22,963 nucleotides of DNA from Myxococcaceae bacterium (GCA_020247085.1 JADCJJ010000554.1:1-22963), one strand, 5' to 3'. Counted from the stretch's first letter, positions 16,804 to 22,963 are shown. The notes: generated from the letters alone by a model not told the origin. Numbers and translations: made by a program.

Positions 16804-17303
16804 GCCTCCTGCGCGAACGCGCGCGCGGCATCGATGGCGCCGAGGTGCTTGAGGTAGTGGCCGAGCGCGCGCCGGAAGAACTCCATCCGGTTCGGGATGT
16901 CGCGCTCGCGCCAGGCGTCATCCATCTTGTCGACGACTCCGGCCTCGAGCCGCAGTGGCAGAATTCGCATGTCGGTGGGCTCACCTTCACGCCGACGCGT
17001 CGCGCGCGGACCGACCGGCACGTGACCCTTCTCGGCCTCGCGAATCTTCCAGACCAGGTACGGCTTCGATGAGGAGCCGCTCGGCCGACCGACGACCTCT
17101 ACGTACTTCGCGCGCAGTTCCTCGACCGAGAGTTCCTTGAAGCGACCGCGCGGCTTCGCCTCAGCCTTCTTTGCGAGCGCCTCATCGATGCGACGAATGA
17201 GGAACTTCCGGTTCGGGCTCTTCGTCACCTCGCCCACGACTTCCTTGAAGCGCGCCTGGAGCTCAGGGAGTCGCAGCGCGTCCAGCTTGTCCTTCGTTGC
17301 CAT
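16800..17303 (-). CDS. Putative transcriptional regulator: two DUF2924-like repeats plus C-terminal ribbon-helix-helix domain
   Basis: ATG at 17303 (MATKDKLD...) has GAGGTGA 6 nt upstream. The internal repeat is LPELQARFKEVVGEVTKSPNRKFLIRRIDEA / VEELRAKYVEVVGRPSGSSSKPYLVWKIREA. The C-terminal MRILPLRLEAGVVDKMDDAWRERDIPNRMEFFRRALGHYL fits a CopG/Arc-type strand-helix-helix. Confidence 0.7.
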   Translation of the reverse strand: MATKDKLDALRLPELQARFKEVVGEVTKSPNRKFLIRRIDEALAKKAEAKPRGRFKELSVEELRAKYVEVVGRPSGSSSKPYLVWKIREAEKGHVPVGPRATRRREGEPTDMRILPLRLEAGVVDKMDDAWRERDIPNRMEFFRRALGHYLKHLGAIDAARAFAQEA

Positions 17304-17379
17304 GTGCATCACCTCGTCGGGCGCTGGGTACACGTCTCCCTCGGGCACGGGCCCGTTCGCAGCCGAGGGTGTTGGGGAA

Positions 17380-17550
17380 TCACTTCGTGGAAGTCGCCAC
17401 GGACGCGGCGCCGGCTCGGTACGCGGCCTCGAGCGCCTTCTTCACCTGCCACACCGCGACGTCGTGGAAGTCGAGCGAGTCCATCTTGCGCGTCTCCAGC
17501 GTCTCGATGCTCAGCACCTTCTTCGCGATGTCGGCGAGGGTCTCGTTCAT
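17380..17550 (-). CDS. Small hypothetical protein (56 aa; not in the supplied ORF track)
   Basis: Hand translation gives MNETLADIAKKVLSIETLETRKMDSLDFHDVAVWQVKKALEAAYRAGAASVATSTK, then TGA at 17380-17382. Its ATG overlaps the upstream stop in ATGA (17547-17550). It is a paralog of the 16573-16803 product. Confidence 0.55.
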   Translation of the reverse strand: MNETLADIAKKVLSIETLETRKMDSLDFHDVAVWQVKKALEAAYRAGAASVATSTK

Positions 17551-17801
17551 CGGTGCTTCCTCGCCAAGCGGAACGGCGTCTTCGAGCCGTAGCGAAGTTG
17601 CTGGCCCTCGACGAGGAAGACGTCCGTGGGCGGGAGGTCGCTGGTCGACGCCTTGCCCTCCTCGTCGGGCTCGTCACACTCGGCGCGCGTCACCACGCCA
17701 GAGAGCTCAATCTCGAACGGCCAGTTGGGCTGCGACGCGATGAGGACCTGCGCGTTGGGCTCGAGTTCCTTCAAGACGGCAATCAATTCCTTTACCTTCA
17801 T
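17547..17801 (-). CDS. Small hypothetical phage-type protein (84 aa)
   Basis: MKVKELIAVLKELEPNAQV... has an N-terminus common among small phage proteins. GGAG lies 9 nt upstream of ATG 17801. It follows a 112-nt spacer after the previous gene. Confidence 0.65.
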   Translation of the reverse strand: MKVKELIAVLKELEPNAQVLIASQPNWPFEIELSGVVTRAECDEPDEEGKASTSDLPPTDVFLVEGQQLRYGSKTPFRLARKHR

Positions 17802-17913
17802 GTTTCGGCTCCGTCCGGGTGGTGGCCTTCTGGGCGCCGGCTCGCAAAGCCATACATCCTTCTTTTCAAAGACAGCTCAAGTCGAAGAAGCGATGGCAAC
17901 GTCGAATGATGCG

Positions 17914-18318
17914 TCAGTCGGCCGGGTCGAGCTTTTCGAAGGGCTGGGCGAGGAGCTTCAGGCCGTCGGGGAAGAACTCCTTCACGACAAGCGGGTCGGC
18001 GTCGGCCAGCGCCGGTGCTGCGAGGCGGGCATCGAAGCGCCCCTGCTTCACCAGCGAGGCATGGAGTTGGTCGACGAGCAGGCGATGGAGGTCTCCGTAG
18101 CTCTTCGGCGCTGAAGTCGGTGCAGCCCCCGAGCGAATGAGGAACTCCTCTGCCTTGCACTTGGGACACGGCGGCAGTCGCACCACGCGGCCGTCGAGGT
18201 CGTCGGCGACGATGCTCCCAACACCAAGCGAGAGCGTCGCCAACTTTGAGCGCGTCGCCGTCTGGCACATCGAGCACCGCTGGAGCACTTCTTCGCTGCT
18301 GAGCTCTTCGATGGGCAT
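17914..18318 (-). CDS. Hypothetical Zn-ribbon protein just downstream of the tail-fibre gene (possible fibre chaperone/assembly factor)
   Basis: 134 aa with CSMC...(34 aa)...CPKC. The ATG at 18318 is only 7 nt after the fibre-gene stop. The chaperone role is inferred from position only. Confidence 0.6.
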   Translation of the reverse strand: MPIEELSSEEVLQRCSMCQTATRSKLATLSLGVGSIVADDLDGRVVRLPPCPKCKAEEFLIRSGAAPTSAPKSYGDLHRLLVDQLHASLVKQGRFDARLAAPALADADPLVVKEFFPDGLKLLAQPFEKLDPAD

Positions 18319-18325
18319 GCGGGCC

Positions 18326-20221
18326 TCACGCGATGGCGGTGTAGTCGCCGTACCAGTACGACCAGTTGCTGCTGCCGACGTTGGCGTTGATGGTGAACGC
18401 GAAGCCGTCGCGGGTGACGTTCTGGACGACGGTGTTGGGCACGCCCCCGCTCGCGTCTCGGACCGCGAGGGTGATGGACGACGGCGCCGCGGGAAACCGG
18501 CTGCGGAAATTCACGACGTTGCCGAGCATCATGAACTGCGATGCGCCGGTGGGGTTGTACATCTTCGCGCCGCAGTAGCCGGTCTCCCGAACGGTGCCGC
18601 TGAGCTCGAAGGCAGAGTTCACCACGTTGCTGTCGATGGGCAGTCTCCAGGTGCGCGTCCACAACGCGAACTGCGTCGCGGGCGTTCCTTCGTGGACGAG
18701 CTCAAAGGTGTTCCGGCTCAGCCTCAGCGCGGCCGCGTTGCCTGTGGCCTGCTTCACCCACTGCGTGCCGTTCCAGCTCGCGTTCATGGTGAGCCAGAGC
18801 GAGTCGCCATCGAGGTAGACGCGGAAGCGCGCGACACCAGCGCCCGTGCCTTGCGCGTCCCAGAGCAGCGCCTTCGTGCTCCCCGAGAACGGCGGCTGGC
18901 GAATGGTGCGGTGCATGCCGGCGGGAACGGCTTCGTTGGCGCGGAAGTGGTCGGCCCCCGCGATGGCCATCAACTCGGCGAGCGCGTCCTCCGTGTTCCC
19001 GGCGTTGAGACGATTTGCCGCGTCCTGGACGGTGATGGTGCTGGCCGGGTGTGCTGCGAAGAGCTCGTTGAGGTGCGAGTTGTGGGCGGACAGCAGGTCG
19101 AAGAGCTGACCGGCGACCGTCTTCGCAGCGAGTGCGACGGGCGCACCGACGAAGGGCATCGAGCCAACACGAGTAGCTCCGGCCGCCGCGATGGTCTGGT
19201 CTGCGAGCGCGGCCACCAGGCTCTGCAGCTGCGCCTGAACGCTCGTCGTCGTGATGTAGCTGTGCGGCGTGGCAGAGATGGCGCTGGCCGCGTGCGCATC
19301 TGACACGGCGGACACGTGGCCGTTGAGGAGCCCGAGCAGCGCCCCGAGTTGGGTGGCAACCGTGCCAGGCGCGAGCGGGTTCGGATTGCCTGGGACTCCT
19401 CCGGCACCGACTGCAGCAGAGCCACCCGCTCCGGCGAGGTCGTCGACCAGCTCGTCGATGGCGCCTTGCACCGTGTTCGCCGCCACCATCCCGTGGGGCG
19501 CGTAGTCGACCTTGGTCGCGGCGTGCCGGTGCGCGGTGCCGTCGAAGTGGTCGGTCAGCACCGCATCGATGGCGTCCAGAGCTGCCTGCACCGTGGGCGC
19601 CCCCGGCGCCAGCGAGTTCCAGCCCACCGTGGTGATGCCGACCGAGCTGCCCTGCACGAAGACGAACGCCTGGCGCCGCGAGGTGTCGATGTCGGTGGTG
19701 ACGATCTGCGTCTGCCCAGGCCGACGGCGCACGTCACACAGCAGCAGCTCATCAGCCTGGAGCGCCATCTTCGGCGAGGCTCCAGCGGCTCCCTCCGCCG
19801 CCTGACGCACCACGAGCTCGAAGGACTCGTCTCGGCGGAAGAAGACCTGCTGCGAGTTGCCGTCGGTGCGCGGGTCGGAGAGCAGTCGCTTGAAGCGGAG
19901 GAACACGCCAAGCCACCGCTCGTTGCCGGCGGTCGAGACGTCGGTGGGAATGCCCGAGAGGTCGTTCGAGCAGTCGACCGTCTGGCCTGTGCCGAAGAAG
20001 AGCCTCTGGCCCAGATTGTCGTACGCGCGCGCAGGCGCGGTCAGGTCGATGGAGAGGTCGGGGACCGGCGAGTGCGCCGACGGGACTCCGCCCGAGACGA
20101 CGCCGTAGATGCGCAGGTCGGCCGCGAGGTTGTGGAGCGCCTTCTCGAGCAGGCTGAAGCCGAGGTCGAGCTCGGCCTCAGTGACGCGCTGCCGGAAGTA
20201 GTAGTCGAGCCTGTCGGCCAT
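18326..20221 (-). CDS. Phage tail-fibre-like protein with internal repeats
   Basis: 631 aa from the in-frame ATG at 20221 (MADRLDYYFRQRVTEAELD...). The track start TTG 20305 runs through a tRNA-like gene and is rejected. The protein is Gly/Ala/Thr-rich and has four ~35-40-aa repeats of the type H.A..I.Y.P......VQ.A.D.L. The C-terminal domain is Trp/Asn-rich. It lies downstream of a gpI-like gene. Confidence 0.7.
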   Translation of the reverse strand: MADRLDYYFRQRVTEAELDLGFSLLEKALHNLAADLRIYGVVSGGVPSAHSPVPDLSIDLTAPARAYDNLGQRLFFGTGQTVDCSNDLSGIPTDVSTAGNERWLGVFLRFKRLLSDPRTDGNSQQVFFRRDESFELVVRQAAEGAAGASPKMALQADELLLCDVRRRPGQTQIVTTDIDTSRRQAFVFVQGSSVGITTVGWNSLAPGAPTVQAALDAIDAVLTDHFDGTAHRHAATKVDYAPHGMVAANTVQGAIDELVDDLAGAGGSAAVGAGGVPGNPNPLAPGTVATQLGALLGLLNGHVSAVSDAHAASAISATPHSYITTTSVQAQLQSLVAALADQTIAAAGATRVGSMPFVGAPVALAAKTVAGQLFDLLSAHNSHLNELFAAHPASTITVQDAANRLNAGNTEDALAELMAIAGADHFRANEAVPAGMHRTIRQPPFSGSTKALLWDAQGTGAGVARFRVYLDGDSLWLTMNASWNGTQWVKQATGNAAALRLSRNTFELVHEGTPATQFALWTRTWRLPIDSNVVNSAFELSGTVRETGYCGAKMYNPTGASQFMMLGNVVNFRSRFPAAPSSITLAVRDASGGVPNTVVQNVTRDGFAFTINANVGSSNWSYWYGDYTAIA

Positions 20222-20278
20222 GCGCGTGGTTCCAAAGCGCCGAGCGCGGGCCGAAGGGGACTGGTGGAAGTCTGGGAG

Positions 20279-20354
20279 TGACCCCGGCGGGACTTGAACC
20301 CGCAACCTCCCGGGTCATTACTCCGGGCGCTCTGCCAATTGGAGCTACGGAGCC
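20279..20354 (-). tRNA. tRNA-like gene with non-canonical 9-nt anticodon loop (identity undetermined)
   Basis: The reverse complement is GGCTCCG TA GCTC CAATTGGCA GAGC G CCCGG AGTAATGAC CCGGG AGGTT GCGGG TTCAAGT CCCGC CGGGGTC A. The acceptor stem (two G-U pairs), D arm, variable loop and T arm are canonical. The anticodon stem closes a 9-nt loop instead of 7. Confidence 0.6.
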
Positions 20355-20367
20355 TTCAGCGACAACC

Positions 20368-20736
20368 TTACCCAGTCGTCGGCGCGGCGGGCTGGTCGAC
20401 GACTTGTTCTTCGACGAGGAACGACTCCATCCAGCCATCGACTGAACGCACCAGCGCTTCCTGCGTAGCGAGGTCGGTCGTCGCGTGACCCTGCGCGTAC
20501 GCTCGCCCCGACAACCCGAGTCGCACGCACCGCAGGTGACCCGTTGTGTGGAGCTTCCCCTTGAGATGTCGGCGCAGGCAGTACAGCCGCGTGACTTCAG
20601 CTTTTGCGAGCAGCAGCGGCGCGTAGTCGAACGACTCTCCCGGCTCGCGGGGTTGACGACGCTGCTTCTTGAACTGCTTGAGTTCGGCTTCGAAGCGCAC
20701 GAGCGCCTCCCGCCATCGAGTGAGGTCGAGCTTCAT
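20368..20736 (-). CDS. Hypothetical protein (122 aa)
   Basis: ATG at 20736 overlaps the upstream ORF stop in ATGA (20733-20736). The basic, helical N-terminus is MKLDLTRWREALVRFEAELKQFKK. No recognised family. Confidence 0.55.
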   Translation of the reverse strand: MKLDLTRWREALVRFEAELKQFKKQRRQPREPGESFDYAPLLLAKAEVTRLYCLRRHLKGKLHTTGHLRCVRLGLSGRAYAQGHATTDLATQEALVRSVDGWMESFLVEEQVVDQPAAPTTG

Positions 20737-21119
20737 CGTGGTTCTCCTGTGGTGTGGTTGAGGGACGGTCCGGCCAACCGCAGGCGTGAGAGCAACCTGC
20801 GGAGTTCGGGGGACCGCCGAAGCGGGCGGAGGCCAATGGCCATCAACGCGCCACTCCAGGGCGGATCGGGTTCTCGAATCGCGATGAAGGAGACCGCAGC
20901 GCCGGTGAGGAGCGCTTCGAGACGCAGCAACTCTGCTTCGGAGTCGGCGTGAAGCGCGACCGCGCGGGTCGCTGGCGGGAGACTGCCGGGCGAAGACTCC
21001 CCGGCGGCGTGGATCAGCTGTGCGAGCTGAACGCCAAGGGGAACGTCACTGCGAACGATACAGTAGTGGTGGAGCGGCGAATCAGCTGCAGCAATGTCGG
21101 CGGCAATGTTCTGCGCGGC
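20733..21119 (-). CDS. PTH2-like (peptidyl-tRNA hydrolase 2 fold) ORF lacking a canonical start; possible pseudogene
   Basis: The frame is open from 21119 to the stop at 20733. It translates to ...HHYCIVRSDVPLGVQLAQLIHAAGES...RAVALHADSEAELLRLEALLTGAAVSFIAIREPDPPWSGALMAIGLRPLRRSPELRRLLSRLRLAG. This aligns in pattern with PTH2 (vvVR.DL.mG.GK.aAQ..HAA ... vvlk..de.eL..l......gl....i.DAG.T......T.laiGP......tg.LkL). The first ATG/GTG/TTG in frame is TTG 20930, which is the track ORF start and lies downstream of the conserved N-terminal half. Confidence 0.45.
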   Translation of the reverse strand, partial: AAQNIAADIAAADSPLHHYCIVRSDVPLGVQLAQLIHAAGESSPGSLPPATRAVALHADSEAELLRLEALLTGAAVSFIAIREPDPPWSGALMAIGLRPLRRSPELRRLLSRLRLAGPSLNHTTGEPR

Positions 21120-21201
21120 TCATGTTCGAAATCATAACCAACACCACCGACGCCGCAAGGTAAGAGGACTGACATGTTGGGAGGACTGACTGACAACAGC
21201 G

Positions 21202-22245
21202 CTACGCCGCGCGGACGTGCCGACCGGGCGGACCCGACAGGTACTCGAGCCAGCGCCGCACGGCGTCCTCGGTGAAACACGAGAGCGCTGCGAGCCCGTC
21301 GTCTGCTGCGTCGGGGCACGAGAGCAGCGCCCCTCCGATGCGCACGATGTCGTCGAGGCGGTCGGGGTCGGCCTTCCAGTAGTCGGGTGCCCACTCGATG
21401 GTGGGGCTCACCACCGAGGGGACTCCTTCTGCGACCGCGTCGGCCGTCGTGACGTTGAAGGTCTCGGTCATCGAGACCTGGAGACAGAGGTCCATGCTAC
21501 CGACCGTTCTCCGGAAGCTGGCCCAGTCCTGCCACGGGTGCTCGACGAGCCGAGCCCAGCGAAGGCCGGTGAACATCTTCCGGAGCGCGTCGAGCACCGC
21601 GCCTCCGCCCATCGTGTCGTTCTCGACCGACACCGAGAACTCGAGGTCGCAGTCGCGCTTGCGAGCGAGCACGAGCGCGGCGGCGGCTGCCGTCGTGTGG
21701 TTCTTCAGCAGCCGGAGCGCGCCGAAGCTGCCGACCCGCAGGAGCCGATGAGCGTGCTCGCGGCCGCGGCGACGGTGCACACGCTCAAGGTCGTACAGGT
21801 TCGGGAGGTGCAGCGTGTGGCCGCCGTACGCGGTCTCGAAGAAGTGTTTCAGTTCGATGCTGTTCGCCGCGACGGTGAGGTTGAGGAAGTTCTCCTGGAG
21901 GACCAGCAGTTCGCGGAGCAGCTGAATCGCCGACGGCTCGACCTGGAGGAAGGCGATCTGCGAGTGGCTCCGCACCAAGAAGTGCACATGGGGGAACGCG
22001 TGGAGCAACTCGAGCATCGGCGCGCGGCTGACCCACGGCGCCTCCAGCACACAGTGGGTCACCGTCGGATGCGCCGCGAGGGCCTTGTGAACGTCGGGAG
22101 GCTCGGCAGCGGGTGTCGCGTCGACATCCACGCCAGCGCGGCGGAGGACACGCACAGAGTGCAAGGCGTTCACGCCGAGCCCTATGGCGCTGCCCGTCGA
22201 GTTGGCCTTGGCCATGTTCCTGTAGATCAGCAGCACGTGAGCCAC
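21202..22245 (-). CDS. GT-B-fold glycosyltransferase-like protein inside the tail module
   Basis: 347 aa. The GTG at 22245 has GAGGAA 5 nt upstream. The Rossmann-like N-terminus is HVLLIYRNMAKANSTGSAIGLGVNALHSVRVLRRAGVDV. The C-terminal VSMTETFNVTTADAVAEGVPSVVS resembles the GT4/GT1 E-x7-E nucleotide-sugar motif. Confidence 0.6.
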   Translation of the reverse strand: MAHVLLIYRNMAKANSTGSAIGLGVNALHSVRVLRRAGVDVDATPAAEPPDVHKALAAHPTVTHCVLEAPWVSRAPMLELLHAFPHVHFLVRSHSQIAFLQVEPSAIQLLRELLVLQENFLNLTVAANSIELKHFFETAYGGHTLHLPNLYDLERVHRRRGREHAHRLLRVGSFGALRLLKNHTTAAAAALVLARKRDCDLEFSVSVENDTMGGGAVLDALRKMFTGLRWARLVEHPWQDWASFRRTVGSMDLCLQVSMTETFNVTTADAVAEGVPSVVSPTIEWAPDYWKADPDRLDDIVRIGGALLSCPDAADDGLAALSCFTEDAVRRWLEYLSGPPGRHVRAA

Positions 22246-22316
22246 GGTTTCCTCGTCGTCGACAGCGGGTCTCCAGCGCTCACGTCAAAGCCCGCTGGTC
22301 CGAAGGTCGGGGACGG

Positions 22317-22963
22317 TCAATGCAGCAACGTCGTGTCGCTGAGGTCGCTCAGGCCCAGCTCCCAGTGGTCGGGGATGACGGGTGGGAACGGTTCGACCAA
22401 GTCCACGAAGTGGGTGTGCGCGGGCTTCAGGTACTCGACGATGGCCCGGAGCTGCCTGCGCTCGGTGGTCGCCAGAATGCGCGCGACCACCACGTTGAAG
22501 GCGTACTTCGCGAAGCGGTCTGACGGCCCAAGCACCCAGTCGACTCCGAGCAGCGACTCCCCGAGAACCAGGGTGTCGGCGTTGAAGGCAGTGATGGCGA
22601 AGATGTCGATGCCGAGGAAAAAGCGGACAGCGTTCTTGATGCCCTGTGTCGTGCCCTTCTGTTGGTACATCTCGACAAGGATCGCAGCGAGCCGGCGCTT
22701 GCGCAGGACGTCGAGTTCGAATGGGAACGGGTTTCCAAGGTCCTGGAGGATGAGCTCGAGGAACTCCTCCGGCGCGCGCTCGAGGTCGAAGATGTCGGGC
22801 CAGCGGTCGACGTCGGCTAGTAGCAGGTCGGTCACCTCCTGCAGGCACGCGATGAAGCGGAAGAGGTCGCCGGTCGTGTCGTCGCGGCGGTTGTGCTTCG
22901 GCAGCATCTGCCACAGGTCGAAGCGGCGGCTCTGGAGGCGTGGCGCGCGGAAGCCCGTGAAGC
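22317..22963 (-). CDS. Phage baseplate/tail protein, P2 gpI family (probably 5' partial at window edge)
   Basis: [57 protein letters not shown] fits the Tail_P2_I pattern (cP..lLpwLA...g......w....kR.li......l...KGT..g). The first in-window ATG is 22907 ([10 protein letters not shown]). It has no SD, and the frame stays open for all 18 upstream codons ([18 protein letters not shown]) to the window end. Confidence 0.7.
   Translation of the reverse strand, partial: FTGFRAPRLQSRRFDLWQMLPKHNRRDDTTGDLFRFIACLQEVTDLLLADVDRWPDIFDLERAPEEFLELILQDLGNPFPFELDVLRKRRLAAILVEMYQQKGTTQGIKNAVRFFLGIDIFAITAFNADTLVLGESLLGVDWVLGPSDRFAKYAFNVVVARILATTERRQLRAIVEYLKPAHTHFVDLVEPFPPVIPDHWELGLSDLSDTTLLH

Larger units (their letters stand above)
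9253..22963. mobile_element. tRNA-Asn-adjacent prophage or phage-tail-like island (partial; continues past the window end)
   Basis: GC content drops abruptly right after the tRNA terminator. The region holds an excisionase-type HTH gene, a P2 gpI-like baseplate gene, a tail-fibre-like gene, small phage-type ORFs, a defence-like ATPase and a second tRNA-like gene. Nearly all genes are co-directional on the minus strand. No integrase or second att repeat was seen in the window. Confidence 0.6.

Noticed and set aside
20222-20305. TTG-initiated extension of the tail-fibre ORF (track start 20305).
   Set aside because: The extension is the antisense-of-plus reading straight through the tRNA-like cloverleaf (20279-20354). 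An in-frame ATG at 20221 gives a sensible N-terminus.
21164-21190. 10-bp direct repeat GAGGACTGAC (21164-21173 and 21181-21190), just downstream of the glycosyltransferase stop.
   Set aside because: It is only two short copies with no accompanying hairpin or recognisable promoter or terminator, so it could be chance. It is noted in case it turns out to be an operator for the downstream genes.
21014-21394. 126-aa minus-strand ORF and the plus-strand ORF 20949-21137 in the spacer below the glycosyltransferase.
   Set aside because: The first overlaps the glycosyltransferase 3' end out of frame and is Arg-rich. The second is antisense to the PTH2-like frame. Neither has any motif support.
22285-22914. 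209-aa ORF overlapping the gpI-like gene in another frame, plus the nested ORF 22427-22738.
   Set aside because: Both are Arg/Pro-rich shadow frames. The gpI-like frame carries the family motif.
1-22963. I looked for CRISPR arrays, IS elements or transposases, integrases, and a second copy of the tRNA-Asn 3' end (attR).
   Set aside because: Reading by eye, I saw no spaced direct-repeat array, no DDE/tyrosine/serine recombinase motifs and no repeat of GGTTCGAGCCCAGGTCGAGGAG. A computational repeat search would be more reliable than my visual scan.

Overview
This is a high-GC window from a probable Myxococcota genome, since a MYXO-CTERM-type sorting tail is present. It has two parts.

**Left block (1-9170).** This looks like ordinary chromosome:
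- a 5'-partial Ig-repeat surface protein
- a Hanks-type Ser/Thr kinase
- a lipoprotein hydrolase
- a GT-B glycosyltransferase
- a benzoate-CoA-ligase-family enzyme
- an RsmB/NOP2-type methyltransferase
- an HD-like protein

Hand counts of single 60-nt lines give roughly 75-80% GC here.

**Boundary and island (9180-22963).** A tRNA-Asn(GTT) gene (9180-9252) with its terminator marks a sharp boundary. Everything to its right is visibly less GC-rich, about 55-67% on the hand-counted lines. Almost all of it is encoded on the minus strand, and it looks like one end of a contractile-tail prophage or tailocin. The tail module holds a P2 gpI-like baseplate gene, a tail-fibre-like gene and a putative fibre chaperone. 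It is interrupted by a glycosyltransferase, a PTH2-like ORF and a tRNA-like gene. An ~8 kb cargo region lies between the fibre module and the tRNA.

**Most interesting content (in the cargo).**
- A five-gene operon with 4-nt start/stop overlaps encodes a GS-like amidoligase, two gamma-glutamylcyclotransferase paralogs and two orphan small proteins. To my knowledge this predicted amide-tagging system has not been characterised experimentally.
- Directly downstream is a 977-aa PHP-phosphoesterase / SMC-ABC-type ATPase fusion with the architecture of the Ppl antiphage protein.
- Upstream are a ribbon-helix-helix regulator and a pair of small paralogous proteins, one of which is absent from the ORF track.

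No integrase, transposase, CRISPR array or second att repeat is visible, so the element probably continues beyond the right edge. Many long Arg/Pro/Ala-rich ORFs in the track are high-GC shadow frames and were rejected.
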